From an uncultured Candidatus Binatia bacterium (lineage in GTDB: Bacteria > Desulfobacterota > Binatia > UBA9968 > JAJDTQ01): a DNA stretch of 64,000 nucleotides. The stretch lies in the NCBI GenBank assembly GCA_964291295.2, contig OZ219754.1, positions 1,728,001 to 1,792,000 on the forward strand. Reading direction: 5' to 3'. Numbering within the stretch: position 1 is the stretch's first letter; every line of letters begins with the position of its first letter. Positions 56,324-64,000 of this stretch are shown in pieces. A program made the position numbers and the translations under genes. The notes under the pieces are model-generated. The model did not search any database. It had not been told where the DNA came from and saw nothing but the letters and a program-made list of their open reading frames with translations.

Positions 56324-57334
56324 ATGCGATACAGGATGCTGGGGGGGACGGGGCTTCGGGTTTCCGAGATCGGTTTCGGCTGCGGCAATGTCGGCGGCCT
56401 GATGACCCGGGACGGCCATGAGGCGCAACTGGCCGCGGTGCGTCGTGCGCTGGAGTTGGGAATCAACTATTTCGACACCGCCAGAGCCTACGGGGAGGGC
56501 AGGTCCGAGACCCACTTGGGACGGGTTCTCGCGGAGACCGGAGCCGAGGTGGTCCTTTCCACCAAGATTCGTCTCGACGCCGGCGCGTTGGACGATATCG
56601 CCGCCGCGGCGGCGGTCCAGACGGAACAGGGGCTGGCGCGTCTGGGGCGGCCTTCGGTGGACCTGATACAGCTCCATACCCGGCTCGTCAACCGCCGCGG
56701 CACCGGCCGTTTCGCCATGACCCCGGCCGATGTGCTGGGGCCGGGCGGGGTGGTGGATGGGTTCAAGCGTCTGCGTGACCGGGGTCGGGCAAGCTTCTTC
56801 GGCTTCACCGGACTGGGCGACGTGGAGGCCATTGAGGCGCTGGTGGACAGCGGCGAGTTCCATTCCTTCCAGGCCTACTACAACCTGCTCAATCCCAGCG
56901 CGGGGCAGGCCGTCCCGGAGGGGTTCAGCGCCCTGGACTACCGCGGCGTCATCGACCGGGCCGCGGCCCGGGGCATGGGCGTGGTGGTGATCCGGGTGCT
57001 CGCCGCCGGGGTGCTCAGCCCCACGCCGGAGTCGGGCGGCGGCACCAGCCGCGAGCCGCTGTCGGCGGGTTCCGACTACGAACGCGACGTGGCCCGGACC
57101 CGCCAACTGGGCTTTTTCATGCACCAGGGGCTCGAATCCCTGTCCCGTGCGGCCATCCGCTTCGCCCTCATGAAGCCCGAGGTCCATACGGTGCTGGTGG
57201 GGTTTTCCGACAACGCGCAGATCGACGAAGCCGCCGGGTGCTCCGGTGCGGGCGCGTTGCCGGAGGCGGCCATGGCCGGGCTGCGGGCGGTCTGGGACAG
57301 CGATTTCGGCTCCCGTCGGCCGCGGCGGGCGTGA
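56324..57334 (+). CDS. Aldo/keto reductase
   Basis: LGGTGLRVSEIGFG, GINYFDTARAYG, STK, DLIQLH. Confidence 0.92.
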   Translation: MRYRMLGGTGLRVSEIGFGCGNVGGLMTRDGHEAQLAAVRRALELGINYFDTARAYGEGRSETHLGRVLAETGAEVVLSTKIRLDAGALDDIAAAAAVQTEQGLARLGRPSVDLIQLHTRLVNRRGTGRFAMTPADVLGPGGVVDGFKRLRDRGRASFFGFTGLGDVEAIEALVDSGEFHSFQAYYNLLNPSAGQAVPEGFSALDYRGVIDRAAARGMGVVVIRVLAAGVLSPTPESGGGTSREPLSAGSDYERDVARTRQLGFFMHQGLESLSRAAIRFALMKPEVHTVLVGFSDNAQIDEAAGCSGAGALPEAAMAGLRAVWDSDFGSRRPRRA

Positions 57335-57359
57335 GGCCCGGCCGCGGACGACGGCCCGG

Positions 57360-57680
57360 TCAGCCCCCTTGGGCGATGCGCTGCACGTGCTCCCGCACGA
57401 CATCCCGCGGGCATAACGCGATGAATCCCCTGGCTCCGAGGAAGAGCAGCAGGATGTCGTCGACGTGCCCCAGGGCGGGCAGCAGGTCGGGCAGCAGGTC
57501 GGCGGGCAGGATCAGATAGGCGAACACGCCCAGTGCCAGCGCCTTGGCCTTCATCCCCACCCGCGGGTCCTTGAACAGGCGCCAGAACAGCCGGATGAAG
57601 CTGGGCAGATGCCGCACCAGCCCCAGCAGCCGCCGGGGGCCCAGGCGCAGCAGGTAGGCGAGGGAACTGAGCCGGATCAT
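57360..57680 (-). CDS. YkvA/DUF1232 family membrane protein
   Basis: YLILPADLLPDLLPALGHVDD. Confidence 0.85.
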   Translation of the reverse strand: MIRLSSLAYLLRLGPRRLLGLVRHLPSFIRLFWRLFKDPRVGMKAKALALGVFAYLILPADLLPDLLPALGHVDDILLLFLGARGFIALCPRDVVREHVQRIAQGG

Positions 57681-58666
57681 GGCGTTTCCGCGGGCCGGCC
57701 CGCGGCCGGAGCCGGTGCCACACGCCGGAACAGGGTGCCGCGGCGGCCCGCCAGCAAACCTGTCCCGCCGGTCCCTCTTTCCAGGGACACCGTCGTGAGC
57801 CGGTTCGGGGTGCCCAGCCGTTTCCTCTGCCACCGGGTGCCGTTCCAGCGAAGCGCGGCGCCCGCCTCTCCCACGGCCCAGCATTCGAGGCGGGAGGCGC
57901 AGTCGATGGCGCGCAGCCGGAAGATGGATGCGGGCACCTCCACTCTTGCCCAGGCGGCGCCGTCATAGGCGAACAGGGCGCCGTGGTCGCCCACGGCCCA
58001 GCCCCGGTCGCTCCCCGGCAGGACCAGGTCGTACATGCGCGGCACGTCCTCCATGTCGGCCTTGGTCCAGGCCGTGCCGTCCCAGCGCGCAAAAAAGCCA
58101 TCCCCCACCATCCACCCGGCCTGTCTCGACGAGAAGCGCATTGCCTGGATGGGACGCCTGTCCACAGGGCTCCTGGCCTCCCGCCACTCGCGGCCGTCCC
58201 ACTCGATGAGGCGGCCGTCCCGGGTGCCGGCGAAGCAATGGTCCGGTGCGGCGCAGCCGGCACCCCGCAACCGTGCCTGCAACGGATTGCGCCGGGACAG
58301 GGGATTGTCCACCCGGATCCAGACGTTGCCGTCGTAGTGGAGCGACAGGGCGTCGTCGCCGAAGACCCATACATCGTCGGCGGCGTTAACCACGAAGGTC
58401 CTGGGGCTTATCGGGTTCGGGTGGTCCACGGCCTTCAGGAGGGGTGTTCCGCGCCATTGCAGCAGCCGCCCGTCGGCGGTGCCGAGGTAGGCCCGGTTCC
58501 GGCCGAGGAGCGTGACGGCGTTGACGTGCGGCGGCGGTCTCTTCCCGGCGACGTCGCCGGCAACGCTCCAGGGAACCGTCTCCCAGGCGGCGCCGAATGC
58601 GGTGGCGGCGGCGAGACCGGTGGCGGTCAACAGGAAGGCGCCGCAGGCCCGCAGGCGTATCCGCAT
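57677..58666 (-). CDS. Secreted beta-propeller-like repeat protein
   Basis: Signal peptide; repeated WAVG..G....[W/Y]DG..W units. Confidence 0.75.
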   Translation of the reverse strand: MRIRLRACGAFLLTATGLAAATAFGAAWETVPWSVAGDVAGKRPPPHVNAVTLLGRNRAYLGTADGRLLQWRGTPLLKAVDHPNPISPRTFVVNAADDVWVFGDDALSLHYDGNVWIRVDNPLSRRNPLQARLRGAGCAAPDHCFAGTRDGRLIEWDGREWREARSPVDRRPIQAMRFSSRQAGWMVGDGFFARWDGTAWTKADMEDVPRMYDLVLPGSDRGWAVGDHGALFAYDGAAWARVEVPASIFRLRAIDCASRLECWAVGEAGAALRWNGTRWQRKRLGTPNRLTTVSLERGTGGTGLLAGRRGTLFRRVAPAPAAGRPAETP

Positions 58667-58872
58667 GCGTTTCGGTCGAGATCGCTCGCCGCCGCGTTTG
58701 CACCTGGCGGCAGCGAACCGGGCCGTGGCGCGCAGGCGCGCAGCCTTGTTGTACGAACTGCCGGCCGGACCGTTCCGCATTTCCCGCATCCGCGGCATGG
58801 CCCGTCGGGGACCGGCGACTTCATCCAGGGTGATGGGGGTGGTTCCGCCTTCGAATTCGATCATGTTCCCGG

Positions 58873-58954
58873 GAATGACACACCAGAATGAGCAGCAGAA
58901 TGACACACCAGAATGAGCAGCAGAATGACACACCAGAATGAGCAGCAGAATGAC
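58873..58954. repeat. 25-bp tandem repeat x3.3
   Basis: GAATGACACACCAGAATGAGCAGCA, three identical copies plus a partial copy. Confidence 0.92.
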
Positions 58955-59172
58955 GTACCCGATGACGCACCAGAGGGGCGTGTCGGGACCGTATCGGAGG
59001 ATAACCGGAGGATAACTTCGCCCCGGAACCGTGTCAACGCCGGCGTGCCCCCGGGGGCTTCCCGGAGACCCCGCGGAAAGGGTGCGGAGCGGCGCCGGCG
59101 CCGTTTTGACAACACTCGGGGTTCGCGCTACTTCTACGTTTCGGCCGCTTCGTCTCTCGGAGGAAAACGCGG

Positions 59173-60771
59173 ATGGATTCTCGCGACCACATACAGGCCT
59201 CGGTGCGCATCAGCGGCAACGGGGATTCGGGCAGGGGGGACGGTGCGTTCCGCGCCCGGGACCCCGTGACCGTGGTGATCTTCGGGGCCTCCGGCGACCT
59301 CAGCAAGCGCAAGCTGATCCCGGCGCTGTACCATCTCGGGCAGGAGGGCTACCTGCCGGACCGCTACGCGGTGGTGGGCTTCTCCCGCACGGCAATGACC
59401 GACGAGTCCTATCGCGAACGCATGGTCGGCGAGATGCGCCGGGACTTCGGGGAGGTGGACGCCGGCAGCCCGTTGTTCGCGGCACTCCACTACCAGCCCG
59501 GCGACAACACCGACATCGAGTCGTTCCGGAAGCTCAAGGCCAGGCTCGACGCGCTGGACGCCCAACGGGAGCTGCCGGGAAACCGGCTTTTCTATCTCTC
59601 GGTGGCCCCGGAGTTCTTCACGCCCATCATCCGGAATCTCGACGCCGCCGGACTGATCCGGCGCCTCGACGAGGCGCAGTGGTCGCATGTGATCATCGAG
59701 AAGCCCTTCGGACACGACCTGCGGAGCGCCCGGGTGATGAACGACGAGGTCACCGGCATCCTTGACGAGAGCCAGATATATCGAATCGATCACTATCTCG
59801 GCAAGGAGACCGTCCAGAACATTCTGAGCTTCCGTTTCGGCAACGCCATCTTCGAGCCGCTGTTCAACCAGAAGTATGTGGAGAACGTCCAGATCACGGT
59901 GGCCGAGACCCTGGGCATGGAGGGGCGTCGCGGCGTTTTCTACGACAGGGCCGGGGCGCTGCGGGACATCGTGCAGAACCACATGCTGCAACTGCTCTGC
60001 CTCATTGCCATGGAGCCGCCGGCGGCGGTGGAGCCCGTGTCCATCCGTGACGAGAAGGTCAAGCTGCTGCGGGCGCTGGTGCCCTACGCCACGCCCGAAG
60101 AGGTGGCGGCCAACACGGTGCGGGGTCAGTACGGCTTCGGCGAGCTGAACGGGGATGTGGTGAAGGGCTTTCGGCAGGAGGAGGGGGTGGACAGCCTGTC
60201 GGTCACCGAGAGCTACGTGGCGTTGCGGGCCAAGATCGACAACTGGCGCTGGGCCGGAATCCCCTTCCTGCTGCGTACCGGCAAGCGCCTGCGCAACCGC
60301 GTGTCGGAGATCGCGGTACAGTTCCGGCACCCGCCGCTGCGCCTGTTTCGCCACCGGGCCGCCGCCATGGAGGCGGCCAGCGCCAATGTGCTGATCCTGA
60401 GGATCCAGCCCAAGGAGGGCATCAGCCTCTCCTTCGCGTGCAAGCGTCCCGGGATGCAGATCGACCTGGCAAGGGTCAACATGGATTTCGTCTATGACGC
60501 CTTCGCGCAGCGCTCTCCCGAAGCCTACGAGAGGCTGCTGCTGGACGCCATGCGCGGGGACGCGTCGCTGTTCACCCGTTCCGACGAGGTGGACTACGCG
60601 TGGCGCTTCACCGATTCGATCCTCTCGGGTTGGGACCAGCTCCCGGCGCCCCGTTTCCCCAACTACTATCCGTTCACCGACGGCCCCGACGAAGCCGACC
60701 GGCTGCTGCAGGACAGCAGCACCGGTTGGCGCCCGCTCGGTCAGATGGGCATCGCCGAGGTCGGCAGGTGA
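59173..60771 (+). CDS. zwf: Glucose-6-phosphate 1-dehydrogenase
   Basis: [45 protein letters not shown]. Confidence 0.96.
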   Translation: MDSRDHIQASVRISGNGDSGRGDGAFRARDPVTVVIFGASGDLSKRKLIPALYHLGQEGYLPDRYAVVGFSRTAMTDESYRERMVGEMRRDFGEVDAGSPLFAALHYQPGDNTDIESFRKLKARLDALDAQRELPGNRLFYLSVAPEFFTPIIRNLDAAGLIRRLDEAQWSHVIIEKPFGHDLRSARVMNDEVTGILDESQIYRIDHYLGKETVQNILSFRFGNAIFEPLFNQKYVENVQITVAETLGMEGRRGVFYDRAGALRDIVQNHMLQLLCLIAMEPPAAVEPVSIRDEKVKLLRALVPYATPEEVAANTVRGQYGFGELNGDVVKGFRQEEGVDSLSVTESYVALRAKIDNWRWAGIPFLLRTGKRLRNRVSEIAVQFRHPPLRLFRHRAAAMEAASANVLILRIQPKEGISLSFACKRPGMQIDLARVNMDFVYDAFAQRSPEAYERLLLDAMRGDASLFTRSDEVDYAWRFTDSILSGWDQLPAPRFPNYYPFTDGPDEADRLLQDSSTGWRPLGQMGIAEVGR

Positions 60772-60793
60772 GGGGCGTTCCCGGCCATCGGCG

Positions 60794-61765
60794 ATGTCGA
60801 CGCAAAGCCTGACGGACCTGCTGTCGCGGTTTCGCCACGGCACCTTCGAGGTCGAGGGCTCCCGGGTCCACTACATGGAGTGCGGCGACCCGAGCCAGGA
60901 GACCTGCGTCTTCATCCACGGCAACCGGGACCACTGCCACAGTTGGGATTTCCTGCTGGAGTCCTTCGACAAGGCGGGTTTCACCCTGCCCCACGTGGTC
61001 TCCCTCGACCTCCGCGGTCACGGCGACAGCGGCTGGGTGGGCCGGGAGCGGGGTTACCGGCACGAGGACTTCGTCCTGGACGTGGTGGGTCTGCTCCGGC
61101 ATCTGAAGAAGGACGCCGTGACGCTGGTGGCCCATTCCCTGGGCGGCAGCATGGCGGTGGTGTTCGCCGGGGCGCTGCCGGAGAAGGTCCGGCGCCTGGC
61201 GATCATCGAAGCCGCCGGCCCCTACGGTCGGACTGATCAGGAGGCTCCGGAACTTTTCGGGCGGTGGACCCGGGACGATGGCTCGGACACGATTCTCACC
61301 CACTATGCCACCGTGGGACAGGCGGCGGACGCCATTTGCCGGCGCTTCCCGCGGGTTCCCAACCGGGCGGCCATGCACATGGCGCGCCATGGGACCCGCC
61401 GGACCCCCCACGGATGGGTGTGGAAATACGATCCGCGGGCCCGCAACCCGTCGTACTCGTCCTTCTCCGAAAGCCAGGTCCGGGCCTTTATCGAACGCAT
61501 CGACTGCCCGACGCTGCTGGTGTTCGGAGCCGATTCGGGCTACCGGGAGTCGCCCCGCTACAGCCGGATCGACCATTTCAGGAACAGGACGCTGGTGGAG
61601 ATTCCCGGCACCGGGCATCACGTGCAGCAGGAAAAGCCGGACGAACTCGCCGCCGTGCTGATGCCGTTCCTGGACCCGGCGGCGGCGCCGGGGCGCACCG
61701 CCGCCGTGGTCCCGGCGAAAGCGGCACCCGCGGCGGGGTGCGCCGCCGACAGTCGAGGAGGATGA
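60794..61765 (+). CDS. Alpha/beta fold hydrolase
   Basis: FIHGNRD, DLRGHGDS, AHSLGG, GHHV. Confidence 0.88.
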   Translation: MSTQSLTDLLSRFRHGTFEVEGSRVHYMECGDPSQETCVFIHGNRDHCHSWDFLLESFDKAGFTLPHVVSLDLRGHGDSGWVGRERGYRHEDFVLDVVGLLRHLKKDAVTLVAHSLGGSMAVVFAGALPEKVRRLAIIEAAGPYGRTDQEAPELFGRWTRDDGSDTILTHYATVGQAADAICRRFPRVPNRAAMHMARHGTRRTPHGWVWKYDPRARNPSYSSFSESQVRAFIERIDCPTLLVFGADSGYRESPRYSRIDHFRNRTLVEIPGTGHHVQQEKPDELAAVLMPFLDPAAAPGRTAAVVPAKAAPAAGCAADSRGG

Positions 61766-61769
61766 ATTC

Positions 61770-62927
61770 ATGGATTTCTCGCTGCCCGAAGAGTTGCAGG
61801 TGCTTCAGGAGACCGTCCGGAAGTTCGTCGATCAGGAACTCATTCCGGTGGAGATGGAGTGCCGGGACGGCGTGACGCTCAAGCCCGAGTACCGGGAGCG
61901 CTTCGAGGCCCGGACCCGGGAGATGGGCCTCTGGATGCTCGATGTGCCGGAGGACTTCGGCGGTGCCGGCCTGAGCCTGCTGGCGCAGGTTCTCATCTGG
62001 GCGGAAGTGGCCCGTTCGGTGGCCATCCCGTCCCGGGGCCGCAGCATCTTCGGTCCGGAGGTGCGGCCGGTGCTCTACGCCATGAACGAGGAGCAGAAGG
62101 AACGCTATCTCTATCCGTTGCTGAAGGACGAGAAGCGCGCCTGTTTTGCCCAGACCGAGCCCGACGCCGGCTCGGACCCGGGCTCCATGCGCACCCGGGC
62201 CGTGCGCGACGGCGACTCCTATGTGATCAACGGCGTCAAGCGCTTCATCACCGAGGCGGATGAGGCCGATTTCGCGCAGGTGATGGTGGCCACGGACCCC
62301 GCCAAGGGCTCCCACGGCGGCATCTCATGCATCCTGGTGGACATGGACAACCCGGGCGTGAAGATCACCGCCAAATACAAGACCATGATGGGCTATGAGC
62401 CGTGCGAGATCGTGTTCGACAATTGCCGGGTGCCGGTGGCGAACCGGATCGGCGCGGAGGGCGAGGGGTTCAAGCTGGGGCAGCAGTGGCTCGGCATCGG
62501 CCGGCTGAAGCACGGCGGGCGCGCTATCGGCGTGGCCCGGCGCGCCATCGAGATGGGCGCCGCTTACGCGAAGCAGCGGGTGACCTTCGGCAAGCCCCTG
62601 GCCGAGCGGCAGGCCATCCAGTTCAAGCTGGCGGACTCCTACACGGAGCTGCACGCTGCCACCCTGATGGTCCACCATGCGGCCTGGAAATACGATCAGG
62701 GCCAGGACATGCGCAACGAAGGCTACATGGTGAAGGTGTACGCCGACGAGATGTCCTTCCGGGTGGTGGACCGGGTGCTGCAGATCCACGGCGGCGTCGG
62801 CCTCACCACCGATCTCCCCATCGAGCTGTGGTTCCGCGACCAGCGCAGCCGCCTCATCACCGAGGGTGCGTCCGAGGTCATGCGCATGGTCATCGCCCGG
62901 CATGTGCTGCGGCAGTACGGCGGTTGA
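61770..62927 (+). CDS. Acyl-CoA dehydrogenase
   Basis: FAQTEPDAGSD, INGVKRFIT, RVTFGKPL, QIHGG, ITEGASEV. Confidence 0.93.
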   Translation: MDFSLPEELQVLQETVRKFVDQELIPVEMECRDGVTLKPEYRERFEARTREMGLWMLDVPEDFGGAGLSLLAQVLIWAEVARSVAIPSRGRSIFGPEVRPVLYAMNEEQKERYLYPLLKDEKRACFAQTEPDAGSDPGSMRTRAVRDGDSYVINGVKRFITEADEADFAQVMVATDPAKGSHGGISCILVDMDNPGVKITAKYKTMMGYEPCEIVFDNCRVPVANRIGAEGEGFKLGQQWLGIGRLKHGGRAIGVARRAIEMGAAYAKQRVTFGKPLAERQAIQFKLADSYTELHAATLMVHHAAWKYDQGQDMRNEGYMVKVYADEMSFRVVDRVLQIHGGVGLTTDLPIELWFRDQRSRLITEGASEVMRMVIARHVLRQYGG

Positions 62928-63053
62928 GCCCCCCCTCCCCCCCGGTGCCGGTTCGGGGTGATGTCCGGGGGGTCGAACGAATGTCCGTGATGTCCGGAGG
63001 TTTGGAGATGTCCGGGCTTCGTGGTATACGATGCGATTGAGTCGAGGTTCGCG

Positions 63054-63257
63054 ATGAAAGCCGAAATTCACCCGGAGTACCAGCTTGTCAACGTGGTGTG
63101 CGCCTGCGGCCATTCCTTCGAGGTGCGCTCCACTGCCAAGAGCATCCATACCGAGATCTGTTCCAACTGCCATCCCTTCTACACCGGCAAGCAGAAGCTT
63201 CTCGACACCGCCGGCCGGGTCGAGAAGTTCAAGAGGCGATACGGTATCAAGGACTGA
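63054..63257 (+). CDS. rpmE: 50S ribosomal protein L31 (Zn-binding type)
   Basis: [13 protein letters not shown]...[13 protein letters not shown]. Confidence 0.97.
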   Translation: MKAEIHPEYQLVNVVCACGHSFEVRSTAKSIHTEICSNCHPFYTGKQKLLDTAGRVEKFKRRYGIKD

Positions 63258-63285
63258 GGGACGATCCCGACCGGTTCTTGTCGGC

Positions 63286-63324
63286 AAGGGGGCAAAGGGT
63301 GGCGCAAATTCCCTTTGCCCCCTT
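63286..63324 (+). terminator. Hairpin after rpmE (terminator or processing stem)
   Basis: AAGGGGGCAAAGGG-N11-CCCTTTGCCCCCTT. Confidence 0.6.
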
Positions 63325-63352
63325 TGCGTTGTGCGCGGAGCGGAATGTGAGC

Positions 63353-64000
63353 ATGCTCGAGAAGATGGCCGAGGTGGAGGGCCGCTACGACGAACTGGAG
63401 GGCCTGCTGGCGGATCCCGGCCTGCTGGAGGATCGCAAGGAGTATTCCAGGGTGGCCAAGGAGCGGGCGGACCTGGCCGAGGTGGTGGGGTGCTACCGGG
63501 AGTGGCGCAAGGTCGAGCAGGCGGTTCGGGACAACCGGGAGCTGCTGGACGATGGCGACCCCGAGCTCCGGGAACTGGCCGCCGAGGAGCTGGAGACGCT
63601 CGCCGGGAGACGGGAGACGCTGGAGCGGCAGCTCAGGATCCTGCTCTTGCCCAAGGATCCCAACGACGGCCGCAACGTCCTGCTGGAGATCCGGGCCGGC
63701 ACGGGAGGCGAGGAGGCCTCGCTCTTCAGCGCCGACCTGTTCCGGATGTATAGCCGCTACGCGGAAACCCGGGGCTGGAAGGTGGAGGTGCTGAGTTCCA
63801 ATCCCACCGGCTTGGGCGGATTCAAGGAGATCATCGCGCTCGTCGAGGGGCAGGGGGCCTACAGCCAGCTCAAGTTCGAAGGGGGTGTGCATCGGGTCCA
63901 GCGGGTTCCGGTGACCGAAACCTCGGGCCGGATCCACACCTCGGCGGTGACCGTGGCGGTGCTTCCGGAGGCCGACGAAGTGGATGTGGAGATCGATCCC
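63353..64000 (+). CDS. prfA: Peptide chain release factor 1, 5' part (runs off the window)
   Basis: Manual translation [15 protein letters not shown]...LLPKDPND...[11 protein letters not shown]...[24 protein letters not shown] (RF1 PxT motif). Confidence 0.95.
   Translation, partial: MLEKMAEVEGRYDELEGLLADPGLLEDRKEYSRVAKERADLAEVVGCYREWRKVEQAVRDNRELLDDGDPELRELAAEELETLAGRRETLERQLRILLLPKDPNDGRNVLLEIRAGTGGEEASLFSADLFRMYSRYAETRGWKVEVLSSNPTGLGGFKEIIALVEGQGAYSQLKFEGGVHRVQRVPVTETSGRIHTSAVTVAVLPEADEVDVEIDP

Noticed and set aside
58873-58954. Possible CRISPR array (also considered for 40872-40970)
   Set aside because: Units are directly tandem with no unique spacers, and there are no cas genes in the window.

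Overview
High-GC bacterial chromosome segment. The gene content (TctABC, LLM oxidoreductase, many hydrolases, acyl-CoA enzymes) resembles a deltaproteobacterial-type heterotroph, but that is inference only. The backbone carries metabolic, transport and housekeeping genes: ybbAP/tesA, topB, tctABC, a lytic transglycosylase, tRNA-Phe, prmA-rsmE, zwf, rpmE and the 5' part of prfA. Two accessory islands stand out. Island 1 (about 11.8-18.3 kb) holds an apparently intact bacterial ubiquitination-like (Bub-type) operon: Ubl, E2-like protein and a JAB-E1 fusion. It is transcribed divergently from an XRE-HTH/ImmA-IrrE peptidase plus PIN pair through back-to-back sigma70 promoters, and an ABC-ATPase plus TOPRIM-like pair follows. 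Island 2 (about 48.9-55.4 kb) is a decaying defence island. It holds an uncharacterised translationally coupled three-gene module (candidate chaperone-antitoxin-toxin, last gene frameshifted), an intact HigBA pair, a truncated MmeI-type gene, FitA with a nonsense-disrupted PIN toxin, HsdR and RTX fragments, and two ~85% identical 102-bp repeats. Other pseudogenes and short intergenic tandem repeats are scattered through the window. All family assignments come from motif recognition by eye; no database searches were run.
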